Positions 22,221 to 32,462 of a stretch of DNA of 64,000 nucleotides are shown here, piece by piece. The notes under the pieces are model-generated. The model had not been told where the DNA came from and made no database searches. It saw only the letters and a list, made by a program, of their open reading frames with translations. Source of the DNA: an uncultured bacterium (lineage in GTDB: Bacteria; Babelota; Babeliae; Babelales; Vermiphilaceae); the NCBI GenBank assembly GCA_963707655.1, contig OY970172.1:960001-1024000 (forward strand), written 5' to 3'. The translations under genes and the position numbers were made by a program. Numbering within the stretch: position 1 is the stretch's first letter; each line of letters starts with the position of its first letter.

Positions 22221-22850
22221 ATGAATACAACAGTAATCAAGCCGCAGCAGTCTTCAGCAAAAACTCACGATGAGCTGATTTTGGTTATTAAAAGAAGCTT
22301 GTTATTTTCGCAACATTCTTGGCAGGGTCTTTATGCCAATTCTATGCAGGAGTATATTGACCTCATTCAACAGCACCAGGAATTTTTACCTCGTTCATTG
22401 ATGGAGCAAGATCCTGATTATAAACAAATTATTCCCTACATTATTTTTCGCCATGATGGCTCTTACTTTGTGATGCAACGTAAATCAACGACCACAGAAC
22501 AGCGACTTAAAAACAAATACACCATTGGCATTGGTGGTCATATGCGCCAGGAAGACATGCTTAATGGAGCCTCGCTTTTTGATTGGGCAAGACGAGAATT
22601 TTATGAAGAAGTGGCTTATTCCAGCCCTTTTACGTTCACCCCGCTGGGTATTATTAACGATGATTCAACTGAGGTGGGAAAAGTCCACCTTGGCCTTGTT
22701 TTGCTCGTTGAAGGGAGCTCTGATCAGATAAAAGTAAAATCTGAGCTTAAAAGTGGCCAGCTTATGACCCCACAGCTTATAACTAGTAGTTATTATGAGC
22801 ATATGGAAACATGGAGTCAAATCGCATTTTCCTTTATAAACAGCTTATAA
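22221..22850 (+). CDS. Predicted NUDIX-family phosphoesterase
   Basis: EQDPDYKQIIPY, GIGGHM, RREFYEE, GIINDD, VGKVHLG. Confidence 0.85.
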   Translation: MNTTVIKPQQSSAKTHDELILVIKRSLLFSQHSWQGLYANSMQEYIDLIQQHQEFLPRSLMEQDPDYKQIIPYIIFRHDGSYFVMQRKSTTTEQRLKNKYTIGIGGHMRQEDMLNGASLFDWARREFYEEVAYSSPFTFTPLGIINDDSTEVGKVHLGLVLLVEGSSDQIKVKSELKSGQLMTPQLITSSYYEHMETWSQIAFSFINSL

Positions 22851-22932
22851 TAAGCAATGCATTGAAAACGTACCCCGCCTGCCCCTATACTAAAAAGTAG
22901 GAAATTCGCATCCATGACAAGAGGGGAAGTTT

Positions 22933-24252
22933 ATGGTCCATGCTACGAGGTTCAGATATTTTATTATTGCTATGGTGAGCTTATATATACATCACGTTAT
23001 ATATCAAGACAGTTATGAAGCACAGTCTCTCAACTATAATATAGAGACTGATGCAATGGTAACGTCAACCGCGGCTGATGAAGTTTGGCTCACTGTTTTT
23101 GTTCATGGCACTATAGTCTTGCATCCTCGCTTTTTACTTGAAAATATTCCTGCTCTCAAGCATGACAAGGCCGATCAGACTCTGTATGGTCAAGTGCTTC
23201 ATGATAGCCGCTCAACACCGCTCCTTCTTCAAAATCAGGCAATACAACAACTAGGATTACAAAAAATTAATGAGCCGTTTAATCAGCGTGGCAATACTGC
23301 GGGGGCTCTGGCCTATATTCTGCAAGAATTGCAATATTCAAGCGATTCTAGCCATAAAACATGCAACTATTATTATACATTTGGATGGTCAGGATTGATA
23401 AGCGAATCAACGCGCGAACAAGCTGGTGCCGATTTGTACCATGAATTGGGACAAGAGATAGCAGCATATGAGGCAAAAGGAATAAGCCCTAAAATTCGTG
23501 TTATTGGTTACAGTCATGGTGGCAGTGTCTGCTTAAACATTGCTCGTGCAGCAACCGATGAAAAATGGCACATAGATGAACTTATTTTGCTGGGTGCACC
23601 GATACAACCGACAACAGATTATCTTATAGCCAGTCCACTATTTAAAAAAAGTTATATTATCTTTTCTCATGGGGACAGCGTGCAAATGCATGATTTCTTC
23701 TCCCCCCACTTTTCACGCCGCTACTTTAAAGGGGATGAATGTTTTGAATTGCCAGACAATCTTACGCAGATCCAGCTCCGTATGGCAAAAAATATCTCTC
23801 ATGAGTATTCCACTGCGCCACGCGAGCACAGCTTTTTCTACCGACGCGCGCTCTCTCCCGGCCACATTGAATTATGGTTTTTTGGATGGACGCCAAATTA
23901 TTATCGCAAGCGTTACCCTTTGTATCCGTTACCTACGGTTGCTTTCATTCCCTACATAGTCAAACAAGTACAGCAGCACGTAGTCGATCATAATCCGGCA
24001 CGACCGTTAATAGTAACAATTGCTCCTGATCAAGAGATAATGTCTATCGCGTTACACGAAAAAGACAAATGTCCGACTATTGTTCCTTTTGTTTGTACAG
24101 ACATGGTTGATTCATTGGCGCAAACCATGCTTGCCGATTATAAACCACATAATTACAAAAAAGCGTACTATCAAGAAAGAGATAAAATCATAAAAGAATC
24201 AATTAAAAGGCATATGCAAAAAAGACCAACGGCTGCATGCACTTTTGAGTGA
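22933..24252 (+). CDS. Alpha/beta-hydrolase-like exported protein
   Basis: VFVHGT, FGWSG, nucleophile elbow GYSHGG, LILLGAP; paralogue of the genes at 30297-33497. Confidence 0.75.
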   Translation: MVHATRFRYFIIAMVSLYIHHVIYQDSYEAQSLNYNIETDAMVTSTAADEVWLTVFVHGTIVLHPRFLLENIPALKHDKADQTLYGQVLHDSRSTPLLLQNQAIQQLGLQKINEPFNQRGNTAGALAYILQELQYSSDSSHKTCNYYYTFGWSGLISESTREQAGADLYHELGQEIAAYEAKGISPKIRVIGYSHGGSVCLNIARAATDEKWHIDELILLGAPIQPTTDYLIASPLFKKSYIIFSHGDSVQMHDFFSPHFSRRYFKGDECFELPDNLTQIQLRMAKNISHEYSTAPREHSFFYRRALSPGHIELWFFGWTPNYYRKRYPLYPLPTVAFIPYIVKQVQQHVVDHNPARPLIVTIAPDQEIMSIALHEKDKCPTIVPFVCTDMVDSLAQTMLADYKPHNYKKAYYQERDKIIKESIKRHMQKRPTAACTFE

Positions 24253-24314
24253 TTTGGCATCCATTCTGTAGTAGAGTGGCTGCAATTTATCTCTCTATTG
24301 AAGAAAGGAATGCA

Positions 24315-24722
24315 ATGAAAAAAATTATTGTAGCGGTTGCGTTATTGAGCTCTCTGAGATTAGCGCATGGTTCGGAAGAATCACCTGATAACTACGCTCT
24401 TTTTCGCCAGACGGGTGATGTACAATATCTCGAGATAGAAATAAAAGCACAGCAAGATAGACGTTTATTGCTGCACAGCTCCAAAAATGTTTTGGAGTAT
24501 TTAAGCGCCGGCGATAGGAATTGTGCGCCGATAGCTCCTGATCTATTATCAAATCAAGCAGCTCTGGACACAGCCTTTGATTTTCTTAGAAGAAAGAGTT
24601 GCAATATCCGCGAAGCTCTCTTATCAAATTATGAGGCAATAGGACATACACAGGGCTTTGAAACGGCATTGAATGTCCATATAGATCTAGCTCAAGCGCG
24701 TGCAGAAGGCCAAAATCAGTAA
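24315..24722 (+). CDS. Hypothetical exported protein
   Basis: AAGGA RBS, signal peptide MKKIIVAVALLSSLRLAHG. Confidence 0.65.
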   Translation: MKKIIVAVALLSSLRLAHGSEESPDNYALFRQTGDVQYLEIEIKAQQDRRLLLHSSKNVLEYLSAGDRNCAPIAPDLLSNQAALDTAFDFLRRKSCNIREALLSNYEAIGHTQGFETALNVHIDLAQARAEGQNQ

Positions 24723-24751
24723 CTGCCATATCAGAGTAAAGCAAGGAATAC

Positions 24752-25063
24752 ATGAAAATAATTATTTCAAAATCATTCTTTTAAGCTCGTTTACATTCCC
24801 TACCTCCCCGTGCACAACTCTATATTCAATGCTGGATACAATATGAAAGCATGGACATGAAGCAAGCAATGGCTTCATATTGTGACGATATCAACGTATG
24901 TGAAGAGAAACTAGCGATTCATATGATTAATTTTTATCATGCAGCATTATCCGCTGCGCAGAAAGAGGAATTTTTACTATTACTTGCAAATGCCGATACA
25001 CGGAACAAGTTCCTTAGTGAATCGCTTCATAAGCGCCTTCACATTCAAGGGTTATATAAATAA
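24752..25063 (+). pseudogene. Hypothetical gene interrupted by in-frame TAA at codon 11 (24782-24784)
   Basis: AAGGA RBS and ATG 24752 are in frame with the ORF at 24851-25063, with a single intervening stop. Confidence 0.45.
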
Positions 25064-25091
25064 CTCTTTAAAAATAACCGGTCATATGCAA

Positions 25092-25883
25092 TTATTCACT
25101 TTTTATTTTTATCTTGTCCCAAATGGCAAGAAAATCGGTCATTGTTAATTGCTGAGCGCGCAAAGCGAGCATTTCATGAGAAAGAGAAGAGGTATCAAAA
25201 TTGCTTTGTACCAGATTGTTTTTAAGGGTGCGACGCGGTTGATGAAAGAGAATCTTAATAAATTTCCAAAAATCCTGTTCATCGCGAATCGGTTGCACAT
25301 CTGGTTTTGGCTTAAAATATAAAAGGCGAGAATAGACTTTTGGTGGCGGGAGAAACGCACCGGGTGGTACTTTGTTCAGAAGTTGCAGCTCAAAAAAATG
25401 TTGGAAGAATAGTGATGAATACCCATATCCGCGACCGTGAGTTTTCACAATTTTCTGTGCAACCTCTTCTTGTATCATCACCACTCCTTCTTGCAACACG
25501 TGTCTATTTTGTTGTAAAAGATGCAAGATCGGAAACGTTATCTGATACGGGAGATTGGCCAACAATACCCATGGTTTATGCGGCTCGAGTTGAGAAAAAT
25601 TAAGTTGTAAAATATCTTGTAAATAAACCGTTAGTCGCGCATCTTTTATCCCGTTGCGCACATAATTTGCCCATTCATTATCAATTTCAAAGGCCCACAG
25701 ACGAGCTATTGGTGATTTTAAAATTTCCCGCGTAAGCACGCCATCACCAACGCCAATTTCAAAAACTGACGATTCAGACGTTAAATGTACATGATCGATC
25801 ATATGACGAGCAACAGATTCATCACGTAAAAAATGTTGTCCAAATTTTTTTTTAATTAAAATACCGTCAGAAAAAGATGCCAC
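25092..25883 (-). CDS. rsmA: 16S rRNA dimethyladenosine transferase RsmA/KsgA
   Basis: KKFGQHFL, EIGVGDG, ANLPYQIT, MIQEEVA, FLPPPKV; GTG start. Confidence 0.95.
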   Translation of the reverse strand: MASFSDGILIKKKFGQHFLRDESVARHMIDHVHLTSESSVFEIGVGDGVLTREILKSPIARLWAFEIDNEWANYVRNGIKDARLTVYLQDILQLNFSQLEPHKPWVLLANLPYQITFPILHLLQQNRHVLQEGVVMIQEEVAQKIVKTHGRGYGYSSLFFQHFFELQLLNKVPPGAFLPPPKVYSRLLYFKPKPDVQPIRDEQDFWKFIKILFHQPRRTLKNNLVQSNFDTSSLSHEMLALRAQQLTMTDFLAIWDKIKIKSE

Positions 25884-25902
25884 GCGGGAAATTCCTTATA
25901 TT

Positions 25903-26946
25903 TTATTCCATTAACGCTTCTTTAAAGAAGTCATAATTTTCAAGTACACGTCCAATGCCATTAACTACACAAAAAAGAGGATCTTCAGCGATTTGCACCG
26001 GCAACCCCGTCTCTTTAGAAATCAAGCGATCAAGTCCTTTAAGCATTGATCCGCCTCCTGCCATCATGATTCCTTTATCAACCAAGTCTGATGATAGTTC
26101 CGGTGGTGTATTTTCAAGAGCAACGCGCACCACATCAATAATAGATGCTACGGTTTCCAGCAATGCCTCGTTTACTTCACCGCTGGTGATGGTGATCGTT
26201 TTAGGAACGCCTGAAACTAAATCGCGCCCTTTTACTTCCATGTTTTGTTTTTCAAGGTTTTGATCCAGAAGCGCTGATCCGATTTCAATTTTGATCACTT
26301 CTGCTGTACGCTCGCCAATCAATAAATTGTATTTGCGTTTCACATATTGCACAATTGCGCGATCCATCTCATCGCCGCCAACGCGCACCGATCGACAAAA
26401 CACTACTGATTTGAGCGATATCACCGCAACTTCTGTAGTCCCGCCGCCGATGTCGACAATCATGCTGCCTGCAGGCTCCTGCACTGGTAATCCAGCGCCG
26501 ATTGCAGCTGCCATTGGCTCAATAATAGTGCGTACAAAACGGGCACCCGCTTGTTTGGCTGAATCAGTTACCGCGCGCTTTTCAACTTGGGTAATTCCAG
26601 AAGGAACACCTATAATCATGCGAGGGCGAATTAAGGTATTGCGATCGTTGTGAACAACCTTAATAAAATAACGAAGCATGCTTTCAGTCAATTCAAAGTT
26701 GGCAATCACCCCGTCGCGCATTGGCCTACAGGCAATAATGCTTTCCGGTGTTTTCCCCAACATCTCTTTGGCTGCTTTACCGGCTGCAAGCACAATATTG
26801 CTATTAGCGCGAACTGCCACTACGGATGGTTCATTAAGAACGATCCCTTTACCACGCACGTAGACAACGGTGTTTGCCGTGCCTAAATCAATTGCCATAT
26901 CGTTAGACAAAAGACCCTTAAATAATTTTGCCGGAAAAAACTTCAT
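25903..26946 (-). CDS. mreB: Rod shape-determining protein MreB
   Basis: IDLGTANT, NEPSVVA, EPMAAAIGAG, VDIGGGTTE. Confidence 0.98.
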   Translation of the reverse strand: MKFFPAKLFKGLLSNDMAIDLGTANTVVYVRGKGIVLNEPSVVAVRANSNIVLAAGKAAKEMLGKTPESIIACRPMRDGVIANFELTESMLRYFIKVVHNDRNTLIRPRMIIGVPSGITQVEKRAVTDSAKQAGARFVRTIIEPMAAAIGAGLPVQEPAGSMIVDIGGGTTEVAVISLKSVVFCRSVRVGGDEMDRAIVQYVKRKYNLLIGERTAEVIKIEIGSALLDQNLEKQNMEVKGRDLVSGVPKTITITSGEVNEALLETVASIIDVVRVALENTPPELSSDLVDKGIMMAGGGSMLKGLDRLISKETGLPVQIAEDPLFCVVNGIGRVLENYDFFKEALME

Positions 26947-26987
26947 CCTTTTCCTTGTTGCTATGATTGGTTAAGACTTTTTTTATT

Positions 26988-28292
26988 TCAGAAAGCAAAC
27001 TCTACTGCTAGAGAAATTTTGTGCGTTTTTGGAACATTATGTGCTGCGATAAATGCAACCGGCAGATCCCAATTCAATTCCACAATAGGTGCAAAGCGAT
27101 GGCACGAATTCACTTTACCAAAATCATAAAAAACATTAAATGAAAAATCTTCCATGACCCATGATGATTTAAAATCACCGGTTAACATATCATTTTTTGG
27201 CGCATTCGCTAAAGCACACGGTTCGCTCGAATTGTCTTGGCCATGAGCCATAATGGTATATTGAATTCCCATGCCTAATCCCTCGCGCATGTTTTCTATG
27301 CGAAAGTAGGGGTAAAATGCACCGAAAAGACCCGGATCAATGTATGCTGTGCCGGTGGTAATACCAAAAAGTGGCGACCACACTTTATTCACGGTTTCCG
27401 TGTTTGTTTGCATAGTATTGTTTTCCACAGTTTGCACTTGAATGGTCTCTGGCGTTATTAAGGGAAAACGCACGAATCGGCGCCGTGCAAAGCGTTTGCT
27501 CAAACGTGCGAGATAACCTACTTTCCAGTCTTCTCTAATTTCAAATTCACCATCGGCGCTTACATATGCGCCATAAAAACCGTTACCGCCAAAAGGAATC
27601 GAGGCGGGATTGTTAACTTCACGCACTTGCCCTGCCGGTAACAATGCGCCCAAGCGCACTCCCAAGTTGATTGTTCTCATTTTATAAGCATAACAACGGG
27701 TCCAGTCAAAACGCATATATACGTCCAAGTCTCCCATGCCCATGTTGGAAGAATGACCGCAAGAGAGCTGGGCCAGTGAGAACATTTCACGGCGCGCTTC
27801 ATCAAGGGCTACTGCTTGTTCAGCTGTAATGGCGCCGCTTGAGTTATTTGCATTGAGAGCATAGAAGATGCTTGAATTGATGCGCATCATCGCCCAATCA
27901 AAACCAATGCCCCAATGTTTTGTAATGCCAAATAATCCGCGAAAGCCAAAACCCTCAACTTGAAATTTGCCATTTAAATCCCATGGTATTTTGCTCACGT
28001 CTTGAAAATCAAGCGGCAAAGGATTGGGAAGACCGGCTGCGACGAAACCCTGTGCCATTACTGCCTGATCAAAAGCGCCAAATATGAGCGGGATTCCCCC
28101 TTCATCGCCATCGGTCAAAAATGCTTCTTTAGCGGTAGCAAAAAAAAGATCGCAGGAACAGTGGTACGGATATTCTGCGATATACATGTAGGGCTTTTGA
28201 ATTAATGGCATGAACTGATTATCAAACACCATGCTTGATATGCTCTGCATTAAGAATAAGTTAATTAAAAAAATTACTATGCGTTTTATCAT
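26988..28292 (-). CDS. Hypothetical exported protein, possibly an outer-membrane beta-barrel
   Basis: Signal peptide, Gly/aromatic-rich alternating segments, C-terminal LAVEFAF. Confidence 0.6.
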   Translation of the reverse strand: MIKRIVIFLINLFLMQSISSMVFDNQFMPLIQKPYMYIAEYPYHCSCDLFFATAKEAFLTDGDEGGIPLIFGAFDQAVMAQGFVAAGLPNPLPLDFQDVSKIPWDLNGKFQVEGFGFRGLFGITKHWGIGFDWAMMRINSSIFYALNANNSSGAITAEQAVALDEARREMFSLAQLSCGHSSNMGMGDLDVYMRFDWTRCYAYKMRTINLGVRLGALLPAGQVREVNNPASIPFGGNGFYGAYVSADGEFEIREDWKVGYLARLSKRFARRRFVRFPLITPETIQVQTVENNTMQTNTETVNKVWSPLFGITTGTAYIDPGLFGAFYPYFRIENMREGLGMGIQYTIMAHGQDNSSEPCALANAPKNDMLTGDFKSSWVMEDFSFNVFYDFGKVNSCHRFAPIVELNWDLPVAFIAAHNVPKTHKISLAVEFAF

Positions 28293-28412
28293 TATTAACC
28301 CGTTTTTTTGCTCGTAGATTTTCGCTTCTTGTTGTCAATTTCAATTTATACTTTTAAGTGCGGGCCTTTCCGCAGAAGAAATGGCTCTGCCAGCCGGAGC
28401 CTTGGCGTAGGC

Positions 28413-28505
28413 TGGAGGAGAGAGGGGGATTCGAACCCCCGATCCCGTTATTCACGAGATAACCGCTTTCGAGGCGGCCGCTTTCGACCACTCAGCCATC
28501 TCTCC
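28413..28505 (-). tRNA. tRNA-Ser(CGA)
   Basis: GGAGAGA acceptor, anticodon arm GCCGC-CT-CGA-AA-GCGGT, long variable arm, GGTTCGAATCC, encoded CCA; discriminator reads U. Confidence 0.95.
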
Positions 28506-28688
28506 ACATAAGCAACATGCACATTATCACGCCTTTATCATAACCAATTTTGATTTTTTTTAAAGAGTGATATTGTTGCGGAAGAAAATTTAAAATTTGT
28601 ATTCATGCAAGATGGGGAAAATAGGAGTAAGTCCAGTTGCTTTTACTCTTGTTCATTTTAGAAAAAACTAATTCAAACAAAAAAATTA

Positions 28689-28717
28689 GGGGAGGATGTT
28701 TTTTTGACATCCTCCCC
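28689..28717. terminator. Intrinsic terminator downstream of the SPFH gene
   Basis: 11-bp stem GGGGAGGATGT/ACATCCTCCCC with A/T runs on both sides. Confidence 0.75.
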
Positions 28718-28730
28718 ATTTTTTATTCTT

Positions 28731-29687
28731 TTATTTTTCAAATATTTTTTTGATTGCCGCTGCCGGACCCATCAATGAGCTTGCTTCATAAGGCAAGATA
28801 ATCATCTTATCATCCTTGCCTTTAGTCATCTCAGGTAATACTTTCATGTATTCCATCGCGATTAAGTATGATAATGGGTCTCCATTTGGTACTGAGTGCT
28901 GAATCATTTTAATTGCTTGTGCTTCTGCTTCGGCAACTTTTAGACGAGATTCTGCTTCACCTTGTGCGCGTAAAATGCTCGATTCCTGTACCCCTTCAGC
29001 TTCAAGAATTGCTGCGCGCTTTTTACCTTCTGCTTCCAAGATTGCGGCACGGCGATCGCGCTCGGCACGCATCTGTTTTTCCATTGCATTGCGAATGTCT
29101 GCAGGCGGATTAACCTCTTGCAGTTCAACACGATTCACCTTAACGCCCCATTTATCAGTTGCTTCATCAAGGATGAGTCGTAATTTTTCATTAATCGCAT
29201 CGCGAGAGACAAGCGATTCGTCAAGATCCAAAGAGCCAATTACATTACGCAAAGTGGTCTGTGTCAATTTTTCAATCGCCTCAGGCAAGTTTGAAACTTC
29301 ATACACTGCTGCGCGTGGATCGGTTATTTGGTAATAGAGCAATGCGTTGATTTCCATGGTTACGTTGTCTTTGGTAATCACATTTTGCTTGGGAAAATCG
29401 TAGACAGATTCACGCAAATCTATACGACTCAAGATATGCGTGTAGCGGTGATAACGACGGCCATCAACATCACTTTTTACATAACTCCATACTACTTGGC
29501 GCGCAGAATCAACAAAAGGGGTTACAAAATGTATGCCGGGAGTCAAGATGCGGTCAAACTTACCCAAACGCTCAATGACCACGGTCTCCGCCTGACGCAC
29601 CATCACTATTGCTTTGGCTACAAAAATAAGCAGAAAAAGCACTGCTACCGCAAAAAATATAAAGAAAATAATAGTCATATCAATCAT
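28731..29687 (-). CDS. SPFH/stomatin-like (QmcA/paraslipin-type) membrane protein
   Basis: VIERLGKF, QNVITKDNV, LRNVIG, WGVKVNRVEL, QMRAERDRRA; AAGGAG RBS. Confidence 0.93.
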   Translation of the reverse strand: MIDMTIIFFIFFAVAVLFLLIFVAKAIVMVRQAETVVIERLGKFDRILTPGIHFVTPFVDSARQVVWSYVKSDVDGRRYHRYTHILSRIDLRESVYDFPKQNVITKDNVTMEINALLYYQITDPRAAVYEVSNLPEAIEKLTQTTLRNVIGSLDLDESLVSRDAINEKLRLILDEATDKWGVKVNRVELQEVNPPADIRNAMEKQMRAERDRRAAILEAEGKKRAAILEAEGVQESSILRAQGEAESRLKVAEAEAQAIKMIQHSVPNGDPLSYLIAMEYMKVLPEMTKGKDDKMIILPYEASSLMGPAAAIKKIFEK

Positions 29688-29712
29688 GAAACAACTCCTT
29701 GATATAAAAAAA

Positions 29713-30144
29713 TTAATCAATTGATTTAATAATTAGGTGGGCGCCTCGCACCTGCACCACCAACACCACGGTTCCTGCTGAAAATGATTCATCATGTAAT
29801 GAGCGGGCGGTCCAGATTTCACCATTTACTCTCACCTGTCCCGTTGCAGGAGGAGTAATGGCTTCTGTTACCAGGGCCCTTTGTCCTTCGAGCGCATAGG
29901 CATTGGTGCGTGTGTCGGTGTGCTGTGCGCGCTTAATAAACAAATTGAGCGCACCAAAAGCAACACAGGATCCGATTAAAAAAATGATGCATTGTGCCGA
30001 CAAAGAAAATTCTGTATAGGCGAGCAATGCACTTAACAAGCTTGATAGACAAAATGAAAGAAAGAAAAAAAGATTAGGGTTACCCGCTTCAAGAATCAAG
30101 AAGACAAAGGCTGTGATGAGCCAAAAAAATACTGTTATCATCAT
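29713..30144 (-). CDS. NfeD-family protein
   Basis: Hydrophobic N-terminus, GQVRVNGEIWTARS OB-fold; typical partner of SPFH genes; AGGAGG RBS. Confidence 0.88.
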   Translation of the reverse strand: MMITVFFWLITAFVFLILEAGNPNLFFFLSFCLSSLLSALLAYTEFSLSAQCIIFLIGSCVAFGALNLFIKRAQHTDTRTNAYALEGQRALVTEAITPPATGQVRVNGEIWTARSLHDESFSAGTVVLVVQVRGAHLIIKSID

Positions 30145-30296
30145 GACGCCTCCTGTGTAGCGTAAATTACGAATTTGTTTTAACAATTTTAGCAAAAAAC
30201 AACATTCTTTCAATCAGAGATATTTAATTATTGCATAATCACTCTTCAATAAGTTATCACCTAAATATGAAGCTGCTTTAAAAAGGGTGGGGTAAT

Positions 30297-31268
30297 ATGA
30301 AGAGATTCATTATACATCTTGCGGTTCCTCTTGCAATTGCCCTTATGCTGCCCGGATGTCGACTTGAGCGCAACGCGGTGCGTCGTGTCTGCATTACTCA
30401 AAAACAAGATCAACTTTCGCAAAGCCTTGATATTGATGCGAGCAAATCCCTATTTGCCGAGCAAAAAGGAGCGCGTTGCATCACTATCTGGATACATGGC
30501 ACACAGCTTTTTGCGCAAAAAACGTTTCAAGCTCTTTTTAATGAACAAGCGCAACTCAAGCACTTTGCCACACTCCCTTCAGACTGTGATTTAAGAACTA
30601 TCGCAGACATTCTTATTCACAGTGCTCCGCGCACCTTTATTGCTGATGATTTTTATATATTCGGCTGGTCGGGGCTTCTCAGCTTCGCCGCACGCGACGA
30701 AGCGGCAAAAAGCTTGTATCGCGAAATACAACGCTTGCAAATGGAATATTGCGTTGCCTATGGCTATCAACCGTATATACGCCTGATCACCCATAGCCAC
30801 GGCGGAAATGTTGCGCTCAATATGGCAAAATTGAGCCCTCCCAATGGCCCACATTTCTATATTGACCAGCTCATTTTATTAGCCTGCCCGGTACAAGAGC
30901 ACACGAAACATGATATTAATCATCAAATTTTTAAACAAAGTTACTCGCTGTATTCACGACTTGATCTCATGCAGATTATCGATCCGCAAGGGCTCTATGG
31001 ACCTGAGGGGTTGTGGCGCAGCGCCTTCTTATCGGAGCGCCGTTTTCCCTCGGATCAACGGGTGCACCAAATAAAAATCAAAATGCATAAAAGGGCCATT
31101 ACCCATCATGAGTTCATTTTGCCGGCTTTCTTGGAGCAGCTTGCTATTGTTATCAATGAGATTGATATCTGGCAGCAACAAAAATCATTCAATATCCACA
31201 AAAATAAAGAAATTCGCCATCTTATTTCTATTGGAACAGGATCGCCCAGAGCTCGCAGCATAGGCTAG
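30297..31268 (+). CDS. Alpha/beta-hydrolase-like lipoprotein (paralogue 1)
   Basis: Lipobox MLPGC; IWIHGT, FGWSG, THSHGGN, LACPVQ, DPQG. Confidence 0.8.
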   Translation: MKRFIIHLAVPLAIALMLPGCRLERNAVRRVCITQKQDQLSQSLDIDASKSLFAEQKGARCITIWIHGTQLFAQKTFQALFNEQAQLKHFATLPSDCDLRTIADILIHSAPRTFIADDFYIFGWSGLLSFAARDEAAKSLYREIQRLQMEYCVAYGYQPYIRLITHSHGGNVALNMAKLSPPNGPHFYIDQLILLACPVQEHTKHDINHQIFKQSYSLYSRLDLMQIIDPQGLYGPEGLWRSAFLSERRFPSDQRVHQIKIKMHKRAITHHEFILPAFLEQLAIVINEIDIWQQQKSFNIHKNKEIRHLISIGTGSPRARSIG

Positions 31269-31327
31269 AAATTGCATTTTTCTTACTCCTCTATATACTA
31301 ATACATAATAATCATAGGGAGTTTATT

Positions 31328-32320
31328 ATGAAAATGTTTTCTGTTAGAAATGTTGTGGGTTTGTCGCTCACCGTATCAATGCTTATTGTCTTGGGGGGCT
31401 GCAAAAATCCTCTGAGAAAAGACCTCTTGAGGCAACCTCAAACTACTCTTGATAGCAGCGTTGCTGAGGCGGTAGAGGTGGCAAAAATAGCCCCTGAAGT
31501 CACGATTTGGATTCATGGCACCACGCTTACCCCAAAGGCAGTCATGCCAAACTTTTTTCATCGAAAAGCGGGTCTTAACCCGGCAATCATCTATGAAGAG
31601 CGGTACCATCTACGCAAAATAGCCAATGCTTTTGACACTCAAGACCAGGAGCTTTTTCCACTTGAGCATTTTTATATATTCGGCTGGAACGGCAAACTTA
31701 ATTTTGAAGAGCGCAAAAAAGCAGCGCAGGAGCTTTGCTATGAGCTCATGAATCTGCATGATTTTTATCGGGAAAAATATGATATTGCGCCGCGAATACG
31801 CATTATTACTCACAGTCATGGGGGCAATGTTGCCCTGAACTTGGCCAAAGTAAAAGAGAAGAATCACGATTTCGTGGTATCGGAACTTATCATGCTCGCC
31901 TGCCCTGTGCAAGCAGAAACAATGCATCTGGTAAATGACCCGCTCTTTAAAAAAGTTTACTCTTTTTACTCCGAGAGCGATTTGATTCAAGTTATTGACC
32001 CGCAAGGGTTATATCATAACACGGTCCCGGCGAACGGGCTCTTTTCAAAGAGACTGTTTCCGCAATACCCACAAGTACATCAAATAAAAACAAAACTGGG
32101 CAACCGTGGACTGGCTCATATTGAATTTCTTATGATTAAATTTTTGCGTCACATGCCCACCATTATGAAAGAAATTGCTGAGAATCACGGTGACCAAAAT
32201 AACTTCCTGTCCGTTTCAATACAAACAAAAAAAATTGGAGCCTTTCACCGGCACCATGCGAGTAAGATCATAGTAACCGACGAATGGCAGCAACAATCGC
32301 CGAAGCATCAATCTGCTTAA
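31328..32320 (+). CDS. Alpha/beta-hydrolase-like lipoprotein (paralogue 2)
   Basis: Lipobox LGGC; same motifs as paralogue 1. Confidence 0.8.
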   Translation: MKMFSVRNVVGLSLTVSMLIVLGGCKNPLRKDLLRQPQTTLDSSVAEAVEVAKIAPEVTIWIHGTTLTPKAVMPNFFHRKAGLNPAIIYEERYHLRKIANAFDTQDQELFPLEHFYIFGWNGKLNFEERKKAAQELCYELMNLHDFYREKYDIAPRIRIITHSHGGNVALNLAKVKEKNHDFVVSELIMLACPVQAETMHLVNDPLFKKVYSFYSESDLIQVIDPQGLYHNTVPANGLFSKRLFPQYPQVHQIKTKLGNRGLAHIEFLMIKFLRHMPTIMKEIAENHGDQNNFLSVSIQTKKIGAFHRHHASKIIVTDEWQQQSPKHQSA

Positions 32321-32386
32321 ACGCAAGAAGTTCACTAGATTTTTGCCTGAGCGGGCAAGCTTGTTAACTGCTAAACATTCAATAAT
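32268..32386 (-). pseudogene. Relic of a transketolase 3' end
   Basis: Translates with one frameshift to IIECLAVNKLARSGK/SSELLAFKQIDASAIVAAIRRLL*, versus tkt SVECLAVSMLPRSGKAAELLAFEHIDAAAIVAAVHKLE*. Confidence 0.85.
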
Positions 32387-32462
32387 GCACAACATGAGCT
32401 AAAAACTAGCATTCATTTTACTTTTTATATAATAATACAGAGTAATTACTGAGGAGTTTGTT

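Noticed and set aside
28308..28511. 67-aa plus-strand ORF
   Set aside because: Antisense to tRNA-Ser and its adjacent repeat
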